A DNA stretch of 64,000 bases from Convolutriloba macropyga (GCF_964194025.1 NC_134468.1:12028001-12092000), one strand, 5' to 3'. Counted from the stretch's first letter, positions 1-13,601 are shown. The notes: generated by a model from the letters alone, not told the origin. Numbers and translations: made by a program.

Positions 1-1582
1 CATAAGTTTGATGACAAAAAAAGAGCATTTCAGACAAGCAGCTTGATGTCGGTGTGTCTAAGGACTATCCGGGAAGATTTCAATCTGGTGGACAGTGAGA
101 TGGTTGAACGGCACATGGCAGAAGTATCGTCAGCATCTTCATTTAGTGACCCTATGCCAGCTCAGTTATTCAAAAGTTTCTGCAGATCTAACATCGTCGA
201 TATTGTTGATATGATAAACAGTGCGCTCACGAGTGGGATATTTCCGAGTATCTTGAAGGAAGGTATTACTAAGCCTCTCCTGAAGCCAGGTGAAGACAAA
301 GAGACTCCTGTTAGCTATCGCCCTGTAACGAATCTGAAATGGTAAGGAAAACTGCCAGAACGTATTGCACACAATTAACGACACATCTTGACGCAATTGA
401 CAAATGGCCCGTCATGCAATCAGCATACCGTCAAAAGTCACTCTACAGAAACTAGCCTGATTTGGTTCTCAAACGTGATATGCAAAATGACATCCAGAAA
501 CAAATCCTTGTTGATGGTGTCGCTTAACCTCAGCAGCGCTTTTGATACAGTTCAGCACCACCTCATGACTGACATCTTGAAGCCTTTTGGTCTCCGCGGC
601 GCTGTTGCAAACTTTTTTGATACGTATCTTCGAGACAGAACAGTGAAAGTCCTAGTTGCAAATGTTCTAGCAGATTCTATCGAGCAACCAACCGGTGTTC
701 CGCAAGGGAGTATTCTAGGGCCTTTGCTCTTCCTACTTAATCTTAATTCTCTATTTCAAGTACTTGACGCGATTGCGTGCCTCTATCATTTTTGCGCTGA
801 CGATTCTCAATTGTTATTTGAAATACATGAAGGACGATTATAATCGAAATGTAAAGAATTAGTTAAACGAGTTGAAGTGTTTTGACTCGTTGAAGTTGAA
901 AATCAACAAAGACAAAACTGAGCTAATAGTTTTCAAGCCCAACACTTTTGACAGGAACATCCCAAAAAAAGCATTGTTCGGAGAACTTGTCATCGAATAA
1001 CCTTCAATCAGAATACTGGGTTTTCTTTTCGACAATTCCTTGATCAAGATCAACGTCATTTATTTGTCAGATGCTACATTTCATCGCGACTTGACTATTG
1101 TAATGCATTATATTATTACTGCCTACCTGAAAAAAGACTGAAAAAGCTTCAGAAAGTCCAGAATGCCGCAGTACGCTTTATTTTTGGAAAACCTCGTTCA
1201 ACAAGAACAACACAGCTGATGAAAGAGCTGCATTAAATACCAATTTAACAACGAATTCAGTCTAAAGTAGGCTGTCTTATGCACAAGGTGAAGAACAAAA
1301 ATGCTCCCGCGTATCTGTAAAGTCTGTTCCGACTTAATGTTAACTCTGCTAAGCCAAATAGGCGTGAAATGTTTCGGGTGCCTACTGGTAGAACAAATTT
1401 CCAGAAAGCTGCTTTCAAGAACAGTGGATGCCGCTTCAGGAATGACCTGCTTAGAAAAGAAGTAAATTACAAAGTGTTCAAGCAGATGCTAAAAACGATG
1501 TTTTGTGCCAAGCCTACTGATTCTTATTGATGCACTTTTGAGATCAGAAAAAGTGCTAAAGCCTCCATCATCATCATCATCT
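1..1582 (+). mobile_element. Decayed L2/CR1-group non-LTR retrotransposon (RT and C-terminal part of ORF2, 3' UTR, tail); runs off the left edge
   Basis: Broken ORFs carry RT motifs SYRPVTNL, SAFDTVQH, GVPQGSILGPLLFLL and FCADD (YADD-like), followed by the L2-type C-terminus RLDYCNAL..LP..LKKLQKVQNAAVRFI. Several in-frame stops. 3' stem-loop GCACTTTT/AAAAGTGC (1532-1556) and (CAT)5 tail (1566-1580). Confidence 0.92.
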
Positions 1583-2499
1583 AACGATTCGGGTGCTCAA
1601 TTCTACCACTTTTGCCTGCTTCAGTGGCAGGGTCACTGTACAGGTTTTGCTACCCGACATTATTGAAGTAAAATAAATCAAACCAAACCAGACAAATTTT
1701 CATCAAACTAGAGTCGTAAACTCATGCCAATTGAGTAGAAAATTGTCAGATAAGAGCGCCGTTTACATCAGGCAAAACTCAACAAGTCAAGCAGAAATCT
1801 GTCTAGCAAAAACTTGCTTCAAACTTGGTTCGAGAGCTATTAGATATTGCTCGAGAATAATTAGCAACAGCTGGTAAAACAAACTCAAAAAAGCCTTTGA
1901 CAATAAAACAAGAACTGATTACGTTCCATTTTTTTTCTTAAAAATGAACTAAGCAAAAATATATAACTAGAAGATTGAGGAAGCGCAGAATTTCCATGGT
2001 TCACTTCTTTTAGCATCGTTGGCATTGAAATAGTCCTTGAAAAACGAATTGAGTTGTAAAATGACAGCCCGCTTTTCTTACGAAAAGCAAAATTTTGACG
2101 TATAGAAATCTAATAAATTTTGGTAACGTTAATCATTCTTCGTTTTCAGACTTTCATGAAGTTATTACAAATTGTGTAAAGTAATGGGGCTAAACAGCTG
2201 ATCATCAATTGTTTTCTCTGATCATAAATTAGTTGGCTGTGGTCAATTGATTTTCAATCGAATAGATTATGCTCAATTTAACAGCAAATAGCATCAAATT
2301 TGAGCATCAGACAAGGCGTGTATACGCAAAAATTAAATGCTGTTAAACGACCGCCCAATAAAATCGGTTTAATTTAGTTAAAGAGCAGTTTGAATGTAAA
2401 ACGACAACCATGAAACAAGATAGCGTAAAAACGTAAACTTGATGCAGCATATGATAACAATCAGGATATTACTGCTAATGCTCTGCGGCTCATACAAAG

Positions 2500-2860
2500 A
2501 ACTTCACCGACTAACGTCGGAAAAATTGCCCTCAAACGCCTATTGGGAGCTCTAATCTATAGAAGCCTGCTTCAATGGGGAGTAACTAAAATCGCTAAAG
2601 AGGCTTCAAATGACGTCATAGGATATTATATACCATTATAACCACTCGAAAAAATTAAAGTGTAAAAATGACACCAATTTTGGCACTTTGAGCTCAGCTG
2701 CTTAAATTTGCGAATGAGAGAGAAACTTAGATCACGCAAAACGAAAAAGTCAAGGGCGCAAAAGTCACTCGAAAAGTCAACTCGGTCAAGCAAAAATTTT
2801 GCAATAAAAAACCAGCACGTTTACAATAATTGCTTCTCAAACTTCGTTGGAGAGCAATTA
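2500..2860 (-). mobile_element. Helentron-like non-autonomous element (HINE), family A
   Basis: Plus strand: hairpin CCGAC-TAAC-GTCGG, subterminal inverted repeat (SIR) AATTGCCCTCAAACG, and far-end palindrome plus SIR AATTGCTTCTCAAACTTCGTTGGAGAGCAATT. Confidence 0.8.
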
Positions 2861-5800
2861 AAAACAGTTGGAAAAATGGATCTGTTCCGTTTGCCCCCCC
2901 CCCGCCCCCGTTTCGTATGCTCCCCCAGTTACAGAGCACGTGTCATTACATGGTAACTCGCTATGTAAAAAAGGCACGTGGGTCTGGGGGTTACAAATAA
3001 TATGCACCCACTAAGCTGGGGGCAGAAAAGTAAAAGATCCCAAAAAATTTCCTTGAAAACATTCAGTAAAAAACGAATGTACTTCAGGCTGAACTTAGTA
3101 CACTTCTTGCTTCATGAAAACTGATGAATTAGGAAGCTTACCAGCCTATTGTATTTCAGATAGGAAAGAAACAGAAAAGTATTTCAGATAAAACAGATAA
3201 AAGAAACAGAAAAAAGTCGAGATCTCTTAGCAAAAAATGACCCAAATCAATCAAAATCATCATTATAATTAGAAATTTAGTCTAGCAGTCATTCAATCGG
3301 GTACAACAAGAACTTTTTTCGTTTTTGAAGAAACAACTGACGTCCGTCCCTAGTCGACTCAAATGGTTATCTTGCATGATTACCATTAACCTCGCAATAC
3401 AGCATCACCTTTCTCTTAGCAATACAGCATCACCTTTTTAAAAACTTTCTGCGCAAAATGAGAACAGGCTTCTATATATATGGACGGAACAGTCAGCCCC
3501 CCCCCCCCCCCCCCCCCCCATGAAACATCACAGCGGTGTAATTAAATTTACCGTAAGAACGCACTGTATTTTAAACTTACATCAATATGCTAGGCTCTTG
3601 GAGCAAAGCGTTGAATCAATGCTATACTAACTAAAATGCAAATTAACAAGACAGCCATTTGGTCTCGAGTCGTGGTAACAATTAGGTTAACTCAAAAATA
3701 GGGGAAAAACGATTGCTCCATAACTAAAAATGGTTCAAGAAAAAAACGAATTACTCATTTTTATTCCACTTCTTCAGCTAATAATTACAGCTTTCTAGCT
3801 ATTAAGTAAGTCATATGGAATATAACGAGAATCAATTCGATAAATATATCCTTCTATTCACGAATTCAGCAAAAACCAATATTTCGCAAAAGTCTTAAGA
3901 ATTTACAATCAATCGATAGAAAACAAATAAAGTTTAAACGGTTAGAAACGATAAGAGATCAAGTTTGCATAAAAATACGTTGAAGGTAAATGTTAAACTA
4001 GACCCAAATTGGGCAATTTATAGCCCAGTACATAATAGCCGGTCGACAAACGTCGTTCTGTTGTTCGCTAGCTAATAAAAATAAAGCGTGAAAGGGGTGG
4101 AACAATAAATTAAATGAATTTGACCCATTTCTGACAAGTAAGTGACGCTTTTGTCGGTCAGGGTTAATCTCAAAATGTTTGCTGATGACTTCTAAACAAA
4201 GATTAGGTTCATGATTCCTTTGGAAGATAACGCAAAATTTGCAATCTAAACAACAGCCGAAACAAATTTAGCAAGTTTTTGTTTGTTTCTTGTCTTTGGG
4301 TGATTCTCTCTTTGCGTATGTACATTGCCCGTAAACAGACTTAGAGTTGTTATAGCGGCGGTGAACAATTAACCCGTTTCGAGTTCACTCTAAAAATAGG
4401 TCATCTAACTCGCCCCCTGAAAAGTTCCTTGGCCGACAACAAAGAAACGTGAATGTCCTACAATACCACTTTCAACATACAGACGCGATCATGTAGTCAC
4501 TATACAATTTTGTAAGTCAGTCGGTCACCCTAATTACATACAGTCTAAAATAGCCTAACAGTCGAAAATAAAACACTCGACCTTGGAACATAATCGCTCA
4601 ATAATTTTACCAAAATTGTGAAACTATCTGAAATGTGGTAATTTTGCATACATAAACTGAATTTAGCTTATGGATAAGGTAAGAAAGGATGGATACAAAA
4701 AACCCAAAAAATAAAGAGTTGGGGGGTGGGGGTTCGGTTTCAAAGACTGAATGGAAACAGTTACGAACAGCTACGATAGCAAAGTTGTTTGGTCAATATA
4801 GGCAACAAAGTTGGATTATCTGGCAATAACAGAAGCAAGTTAGAAAAGATAAGAATTTGAACTGAATTCACAGTTTGTTTAAACAACTCAATTTAGAATC
4901 AGAAGCGACACGCGTTTGCAATAGCAGAGCTTGTCTTAGATGTCAGTTCAATTTCACACTCGAGCTGTTCCAACCAAAATATGCCTCACTTCTCTCCTCT
5001 TACAGAACTAGGAAAAATAAGACACACTCACTTGGGAAAAGCTTCCGCTTTCTGCGGCGGCGACACTAAACTCAGTCCCTACCACGAAGGAAGTATGGAT
5101 TTATGCAAAAAGAGAAAGATAGAATAGCTCTATGGCAGATAGCAGGGCTTAAAGTTCATCCTAATTAGGCGTAACAATTAGTGTCGGTTGTTGTCTGTCG
5201 AAAGCATTGACGTCAACAAAACACGCAAACGCCACTGACTAATTTACAGTTTACAGATAGACAACGAGATGTTGGTTAGATATCATTGACTAAATTAAGT
5301 CGTGAATTTCATCGACAAAACAGGACTTCAGAGCCTACAATTACTTACTGAATTTTTAAAAACCAGAATTATCATTTTCCCTTTACCAACGCAAACAGAC
5401 TTTCCTTCCGATAATTACGATAAAAAATTATAAATAATAATTATGACAAATAAATCAAAAAAATGCATAACAATGCGAATTACGCGGATAACCCCCTCCA
5501 CCTAAACACAGAATTTTTAATCATAATTTAACTCATTTAAATTTTTCTCAAATATTGCAGCTATTCTAATAAATGTCACTAAATTACCAGACCTATTAAA
5601 ATTCAAACAAAAACTTAACAGGACAAATTCTGAAATAACAACCAAAACTTTCGAGAATGAAGGATTGACTAACTACACAAAATTAGCGACAATATATTAC
5701 ACTGACAAAGTATTACACACACAAAAATTCAGACAAAGTTTTACATAAAAACTACTAGATAACTACCATCAAATCGTTAGAACGATCAACAAATAGAAAA

Positions 5801-6096
5801 AAAACGGCTTACCTTGGCTATTTGATGGACCGTGCAAAATTTAAAAAAAAACAAATAATGAGACAAGCGGGCAAAACTCAAATCGTTTGAGTACTAATTT
5901 CTATTTAGAAAGTCAAGTGGTGCATAAGTAGTTCAAAACCGAAAAATCACATTGGAACAAAATAGAACTAAATGTCAGAATGTCCAATTCATCAAAATCA
6001 ATGACTTCATTTTGGAACCCTTAAAACGACGAACATAGTCTACAGAAGGCCAAAATAGCTGGTAAACAGACTAGCGCACCGTAAAATTAACATAGA

Positions 6097-7194
6097 AACA
6101 TACCCGGCAGATTGCCGGAAAATCGCCGCCGTTGATTCCAATAAGCATGATTGGGATTGAAAGAATAGAAGATATTGAAAAAAAAAGATTTTTGTACAAA
6201 AACATTTTTTAAGTCCGATTTATTTTGATGGCATTTCGTAGTTGAACATAACGTACTTCTGTTTCTTAGAGAGAAGCTACAGGGGCTACTATCAATACCA
6301 ATAAGCATTAGAGATGGTAACTAAGACTTATAGGAACGACGTTCAAATAGCGGGCATATAAAATTGGGCTTTATGGGTTTATCCCGTTTCTACTTCTGAC
6401 TTCAATTTTTTATACTGACTCTGTTCATTTTTAATTGCTTTGCTGAGCAACTGATGTTCAAAATCACTTTTAGCAGAAAGAGAGAAGAGAGAAACTAGCC
6501 TAGAGAAGTCAAAAAGATATCACGCAAAATGTTGAAAAAGCGGCAAAATGAGGTAAAGCGAAACATTTTTTTATTCGACGAAGTAAAAAAACATAGCAGG
6601 ACAAGTCCTGACGTACAATTCAAAGAATTTTCATTGACTTTACAAACAATTAGACCTAGAACGGACAATGAGTGAATTGGGAAAGCCATTTCTAAAAAAA
6701 AATCATATGAAAAGAAACAAAAAAAAAACAGAAAATCAATGTCAAAATGCTGCTAGGGAGAACACAAAACCACTAGTGAAATATGTAATTTTGATTCTAA
6801 CAAAAAACTAAGTCCAGAATGAGCTGTGAATGGAATGGGAAAACTATTTAGAAAATCCGATCCAAAAAAATCGAAAAAACAGTAAAAATCAGAGTGAAAT
6901 TGCCGCATGTGAACAAGAAAACCACTACCGAGAAACCGAATTTTTGTTCAAACACCGTTTTCTCACTCTACTTTAAAATTAGAGCAAAAAATTCACGCCG
7001 CAAAACCACTCGCTTTTTCGCTCCATTTCCTGTTTCAGCGTGACCAAAATCACCACTCCAATTTGACTTCAAAAATCATGAAAATGTGTGAACAGATCTT
7101 AAAAAAAAGACAGCGCCCCAATACAATTCAAAATCTTTGAATTGTAAAAAAGGAGCGCTATAATAGCCGGCTGAGAAGATGAGGGCGGCTATTA
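6097..7194 (-). mobile_element. HINE family B, with a nested family C element
   Basis: AACATAC + hairpin CCGGCA-GAT-TGCCGG + SIR AAT(C/A)GCCGC; far end AATAGCCG...GCGGCTATT. 6097-6590 is nearly identical to 15119-15600. Confidence 0.85.
6590..7146 (-). mobile_element. HINE family C nested in family B
   Basis: AACATAG + hairpin CAGGAC-AA-GTCCTG + SIR TACAATTCAAAGA; far-end palindrome TACAATTCAAAATCTTTGAATTGTA. Absent from the sister B copy at ~15600. Confidence 0.85.
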
Positions 7195-7694
7195 AACAGA
7201 TACAGACATGAGTTGGAACAAAGTTATTGCGGCCACGTTAATTCAAAGGCGATGAATATTCGAAAACATTTTTTTGACAACATTCGAACCCCAATCACCG
7301 GAGAAAGATTCGGAAGCATTAACCACTCCGCTATCCGTCCCTTGTCACAGTTAATCCTACTACCAATTTTGTTTTAGCAACAGTATTAATTTCTTTGAGT
7401 ATTTGTTTCTATTTTGAAAGTTCTTCGAGTATTAATTTCTATTTTTAAAGTCAAGCGACACAAAAGTAGTTAAAAACCTATGGCAATTTGATGCACAAAT
7501 AACTCCAAGCTTTGGAACAATGCAATAATAATAACACTGCAAAATCAAATTGGAAAAAAATAGAACTAAATGTGAGATTATCCAATTCATCAAGGTCAAA
7601 GAATTTATTTTCGAACATTTAAAACGACAAACAAGTCCTACAGACGGCCTGAACAGCTCCTAAATAGACTTGCGCGCCGTAAAATAAACATAGA

Positions 7695-8075
7695 AACAGA
7701 TACAGACATGAGTTGGAAGAAACTTATAGCGGCCACCTTAATTCAAAGGGGTTGCATAATCGAAAACAATTTTGACAACGGAGATGTTCTAACCCCAATC
7801 ACCGGAGAAAGATTCGGAAGCATTAGCCACTCCACTATCCGTCCCCTGTCACAGTTAATCTTACAACCAACTTTGTTTAAGCAACAGAAATAATTTCTGA
7901 ATGCGAGCAATTTAGGTCACGCTAAAAGCAAGGAATCACGCGTGAAAAAGCCACTGAAAAAGTTTAGCGAAAGCGTGTTCTAGAACAAACGTAAAACGAA
8001 AAAGAGCATTAGAAGACCAAATACCCTAGAGCACCGCAATTTCGCTACGGTCCGCTTACACGTTCGGTGCTATGA
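7695..8075 (-). mobile_element. Degenerate HINE with a tRNA-derived segment (7776-7845; duplicated at 7281-7341)
   Basis: Minus strand GGGACGGA-TAG(C/T)GGAGTGG (A box)...GGGGTT(C/A)GAA (B box); adjacent body resembles 29200-29340. Confidence 0.55.
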
Positions 8076-8629
8076 AAAAACAGAGCAGACACCTCAAAAT
8101 TGCAGAACTTTTTTAATGAATAGCGCACCAAATGAAGAGCCCAAATATGATCATAGTCTACTGGATTACAAAAATGCTATGAATCAAACAACAGCAATAT
8201 GAAAGCTTTTAGAATAAATAAATTCATTGTCGAACGAAAAATCCCAAACTTATTTCCATTAATTCATTGGAATTAAAATCAGGGGACGCTGTGTTTACCA
8301 CTAATTCAATATCGTTTTTCAAAATAAATTGATTTTAGTTTTTATGCTGATCTACAATAGCTCTGTAGCGAATCGTGATACTAATTTTTTGACGAGATGC
8401 TACAATTTTATCCTGAAAATCAAAACAAGGCTTGACAGTTTGAATAGATTGAGAGAATAATGCAGCAAAAAATTGTTAGTTCGAAAAATGTAGAACAAGT
8501 ACAGTATCAGAAAAAAATTAGACCAAAACGACTCGAAAAAAGAGTCTGACTCTCATAAAAAAACATTAGACCGCAAATTGGTTTTTGCTTACCAAAGAAT
8601 GCTCAAGGTTATTAATTGAAGTGATCAAG

Positions 8630-9435
8630 CTAAACTGACTAACGTTGGGCAAATTGCTCAAGAACGACCGGCTGCATCCGTCATAGCTAGCCACGGTTCT
8701 GTGAGGCAAGCTTCGGCTTAAATAAAGGGGCGAGAGGTGAGAGCAGCGGGGAAGGGGGTTGCAACGCAGCGGGGGGCAACGGCGGATCAATTTCTGAGAA
8801 TCGCCCTTCACACCATAAGTATAAGTCTCCAAAACAGTTTCTGTGAACCTAATACTTGGAGACAAAACAATTCCATTACCATTAAAAATTATGCACTATC
8901 ATATTGTCGAACAATAAAGGAGGCTCGTTAACAAATAGGGCTGAAAAAACTCAGCACCTCATAAAAACTTTAAAAACTTGAAAAAAATTACGAAAGTTAG
9001 TATAGATATGCGTGTTTTTGTTTGGAGTAACAAAATATATAGCTCTTAAAATGGTTAAAGAAAGTACTTATGTCTTGCAAAAAACTTTTATTAACCTTAA
9101 GCAGCATCAATTTTAGGCAAAACCGGTCAAACAAAAAAAATCGAAAAAAGTCAAAGAAAAATTTCAACATTTTGGGCCAAAAACTCCTAAGAATGACCTT
9201 TTAACTTTGAACTACGGCCTTCCCAGTAGCTTCACCAAACTAAGCACTTGAAGGATTACTGAACGGGCCAACGGCCTCTAATTAAACTTAATGCCCGCTG
9301 GGCGCTACCTGTATATCCCCTTTTTAAGGACGAAAAGTCAAATGGGTCAGACAAAAAATCGGTCAAGCGAAAAATCGCATGAAAAAGACCAACAGGACTA
9401 ATATAGTTGCTACAAACTTCGCTTGAGAGCAATTA
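8630..9435 (-). mobile_element. HINE family A with G-rich core and 1-2 AT-rich ~170-bp units
   Basis: Degenerate hairpin/SIR at 8633-8670; end ...TTGCTACAAACTTCGCTTGAGAGCAATT; body shared with 36215-36608 and 44620-44950. Confidence 0.8.
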
Positions 9436-9874
9436 ATAAAATTACAAGATAACTATAACAACTCAAATAAAATACTAATTAATTATCTAACAAATATAGC
9501 TGATATTTTGTAACAGATTAACGCTGATAACCTTGATCAAGACATTTAAAAAAATCGCATTTCAAACCAAAGCAAGCGCAAAAACAAAGAAAAAAACCAG
9601 CTCACCATCACAACCGGATAAACCTTTGTCCATCTCCAGAATAAAACAGCCTTACAGTGGACTTGAAAACAATAGTGAACCAAATGATCATTTAGATTGG
9701 TTTGCTGATCAAATTAAATTGGTTGTTGAGAAAATTTGAATTCAGCAGAAAAAATTATTTCAGCTTTGAAAAATTGTCCCAAAAAGTATCTGAAAAAATT
9801 GTAGAAATCAGGCGCTGCCATAAAAAACACCTCTAAATTTTAAATATCCTGAACAAAAAGCCATTAAAATCAAA

Positions 9875-11730
9875 AACATAACCGACTAACGTCGAGCGAA
9901 TTGCTCTCAAGCGAACTGCGAGCGGTTGCCTTTGTCAGTAGCAAGCCACGGTTTATTGAGGCTAGCTTTCGCTTGACTCGACTCTCCAACTTTTAGTTTT
10001 CTAGCCTTGTTAGATAAATCAAATAAAAAACTGATATTTAAAAAACTTGCAAAATATTGCAAAATTTAAACGAAAAGCTTCCAGATTTTGCAGTGAAAAT
10101 GTTCAAAATTAATTTTTGTCTCTTGAGTTATGTCAAGTAACCCATCTGGAAGACTTGAAAAGCTTCGTTGGCCAGTAATAATTGTTAAATTCCGAAAAGG
10201 ACAAAAATTATCAAAAATTTTGAAAACAATCGCAAATTTAACCTAATCTTGCTAAAATTGAAGATATTAGAATCTTCAAAACCATTTCATTGTCTCAGGA
10301 GACAATCCAGTATCCCTATTTCAAGCTTTAAACAGATTCAAATCCTTTAAAGATCCATAAACTTGGAACAAGATAAAAACTTTCCGAAAATTAAAAAAAA
10401 AATAAAATCAAAATTTACCAAAAAAAAAATGCCAAAACTGGAGTCACTAAAAAATTGATAACCATTCCATTAACTCTAAAAATTGTGCGACAGTTCATCA
10501 TCAAACCTTGGAGGAGGTCCCGAAGACCCTGGTGCCGGAAAAAAACCATGAAAACTTCAAAAAGATTAAAAACTTGAAAATATTGCAAAATTTTTTAAAA
10601 AATTGCTGACATCAAAATTTTGAAAAAATTCCCTTACATATAGAAGTCATGCAGTAACCTACAATCAAACCCTAGAGGAGATTATAAATCTCTTGAGGCT
10701 GGTGAAACCTAAAAAAATGACAAAAAATTTCAAAAAAACTTTAAAAATGTGCTAGAATGACAAAAAAATAAAAACTGCAAAAATTTGTGATTAAAGTTGA
10801 AAAGTAATCCAGGGCCATAAAACATTTTCCAGTAACTTAATATCAAACCCTAACAGATTTTCTGTTGGGCTCAAAAACCGTAATATTGAAAATGTCAAAT
10901 TTAAAAAACAGTGCAAAATTTGTAAACAAAAATTGCTAAAATTAGTGGTGTTCAAATCCTGAAAAACATTCCATTACATTGAGAAACTATACAGAAACCT
11001 AGTTCCAAACACTAGAGGAAGTTCATCGACTCTTCAGGCTGGAGAAACCTCAAAACAGAAAAAAAATTCGAAAAACTTAAAAAAGTACAAGTTTTAAAAA
11101 AATTGCTAAAATTTGTCATATTAAAAAATTGAAAGCTATTTCATGGCATATAGAATATTTTCAGTAACTTGTTATCGAACCCATAAGGAAATTTTCTGGC
11201 CCCTGCGTCTGGAAAGGCGTGAATAATGAAAAATAATGAAAAATAATTGTCAAAAAAATTGAAAGAATTTGCACTTTCTGTTAAACAATGCTAAAATTCT
11301 TGATGTTAAAATATTGAAACCATTCCACTACCACTAGAAACTATGCAGTAACCTATTATAAAACCCTTAAACCCTAGAGGAGGTTCCTTGATACCTAGGG
11401 CTGAAAGAACTCAAAAAAAACTTGGGCAACAGTGGGGTGGGGAGACAACAAATCGGTGGGGGTAATAGTGGGGGGTTCAACAGTGGGGGTATCTTCAACC
11501 TCTAAGAACCGCCCTTCACGCCATAAGTATAAGTCTCCAAAACAGTTTGAGCTGAAACAGAGCTGAAAGGCTCTAAGAGCACTTTACGGCCGCCGTGCGC
11601 TACCTGTTTATCCCATTTTTGAGGACGAATAGTCAAAAGCGTCAGACGAAAATTCGGTCAAGCGAAAAATCGCATAAAAAAGACCGACAGGACTAATATA
11701 ATTGCTACAAACTTCGTTTGAGAGCAAGTA
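9875..11730 (-). mobile_element. Long HINE family A with internal ~170-bp tandem array
   Basis: AACATAACCGACTAACGTCGAGCGAATTGCTCTCAAGCG at left, ATTGCTACAAACTTCGTTTGAGAGCAA at right; motif TCAAACCCT recurs at ~10501, 10665, 10842, 11005, 11175, 11370. Confidence 0.85.
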
Positions 11731-12316
11731 ACAAATAAAAGCTCCCACAAGCAGCAAGACATTGAAAAATGTTCAACAGCGTCAAAACACTTCAGCTACA
11801 CAAAATCATCACGTTACCGAGAACAAAAGCACGTCACGGAAACATAACTTACCATGCCGGTAACAAAAAAGAACATTTGAGAAAAAACGTCAAATCAGAA
11901 AACTAACAAAAAGCTAGAATTTTTCTCATATTTATGTTCATTTTATGAACATAAAATTGACAAAACTGACACAAATGTGGGATAAAGAAACAAAGTGTGC
12001 CTATCAACCCAAATTCAGATGAAACACTCAAATTGGCTAGAAACAATGGAAAACTTGATAACCATCAATACAGTTAGTAACGACAAGTAAATTCGGAAAA
12101 CTAAAAAAATCTTTTAAATTATATTTAAAAAATCATTATTAAACTTGGCACTATATCCCAAAGGACAATTTCTACAAATGCAAACTACCAAAATCTGTTT
12201 TAAAAAGGATTTAAATAATTTCTACGAAGGCAACAAAATTAAAACCAAAAAACTGTTTTGAAAATGATTTTAAATAATTTACCTAAAAAAGTACTGCGCT
12301 TTGACACAAAATATGA

Positions 12317-12700
12317 AACATATCCGACTAACATCGGAGAATTGCTCTCGAACGACAAGTGGAAGCTCAAATGTATTAGTCCACTCCAATCGGAGGAGGT
12401 GTAACTAAATTCACTAATGGGGACTTCAAATGACGTCATTAGAGGTTCTTAGATTAAGTTTTATTGGTCAAGTGAAAAAAAACTACACCAATAAAGGCGC
12501 CCTTTTCGTTTGACTAGTAGTGAACTGCGGCCACTTGAGTTCATCTGCTGATACTTGTGAATGAGAGAAAGTAATATCACGCAACACGGAAAGTCAAGTA
12601 CGCAAAAGTCACTCTTGAAGTCAAAACGGAATCAAAAATCGTGCTTAAAAAGACGCACACGTTTACAATAATTGCTTCAAGCTTCGTTCGAGAGCAATTG
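12317..12700 (-). mobile_element. HINE family A
   Basis: CCGACTAACATCGG + AATTGCTCTCGAACG ... CTTCGTTCGAGAGCAATT; both SIRs carry the matching A>G change. Body like 2500-2860. Confidence 0.82.
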
Positions 12701-13601
12701 ATCACATTTAAACCAGTAACGAATCTGTTCACTTTTCATCAGAAGGACCAATTAACATTTCACTTAGCACCAAAAATCTAGAGATTCTATCCTCAGAAGC
12801 CCGAGCGTCATTTTAGGGTTAACAAATTTGAGGTCACAGTTGAAAGTGGAACTTAAAATCGAGTAATCGAACTTCTGACTCATCTGATTTGCTTTTTGGT
12901 AGTTGATGAAAGCAGCCGCAATTGAGTTAAGCGACTCAAACGCTTTCATAAAGTTACCACTCATCACACAAACATCATGAAGCCATGCGTGAAAAAATAT
13001 ATCAGACAAAAAAAATTACATCAAAAACAGCAGCATGGTCCTAAGAACTTCAACTTTTGTCTGAGAGCATTTAAGAACAAATTTCTACAACACTACAAGT
13101 GGGGTGGGGGCGTCTCAAAGTTATAAATTTTGAGAACAAAAGTAAGCTCAAAAGCTATCATGCTACGACAGCGGATGCAGTAAGTCGCACACTAGGTTGT
13201 TAATGACTTGCCATTGACTTCCGCATAGAAAAAATCTGGTAATCAATAATGGCTTGTTCACAATATTGATATGAGTTCAGATTGCTTTCACAACGAAACA
13301 TGATAACAAATGGCACTGAGTAAACTGAACGTGTTACTTTATCAAGGCAACAAAGCTTGCAAGTTTTCAGCACGTGTTTGACATTAGGAGGTTCTGACTG
13401 GTAATAATTTGAAAACCTGATACAAATTGTACAAAATGCAAGTAATTAGAACACAAAAACGCTATGATAAGCTATGGATAATTCACACGACTGAAAAAGC
13501 AAACGACGCAATACATGTTGAACGAAACAGTGCTGTAATTAAAGAGGAGTCAAAAGTAATTGCCCCAGCAAGTGTGAAAAGGATAGATGCCAAATACGAA
13601 C

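Larger units (their letters stand above)
5941..7895. repeat. Local duplication (5941-6096 plus 7195-7390 versus 7543-7895); the first copy is interrupted by a HINE-B insertion
   Basis: Colinear similarity, e.g. AATAGAACTAAATGT..., ACAGATACAGACATGAGTTGGAA and CCAATCACCGGAGAAAGATTCGGAAGCATT in both copies. Confidence 0.85.

Noticed and set aside
2708-2956. Lys-rich or Gly/Pro-rich short ORFs inside repeats (e.g. 36266-36448, 54997-55179, 55299-55496)
   Set aside because: By-products of A-rich or G-rich HINE sequence; frames are not conserved between copies.
3135-5830. Strong minus-strand donor motifs (~3141, ~5031, ~5812) as further NCoR exons or microexons
   Set aside because: No upstream open phase-2 exon with SANT2 similarity could be built; not supportable without transcripts.
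12764-13009. 81-aa minus-strand ORF just after the last NCoR exon
   Set aside because: No convincing acceptor and no SANT or other similarity.
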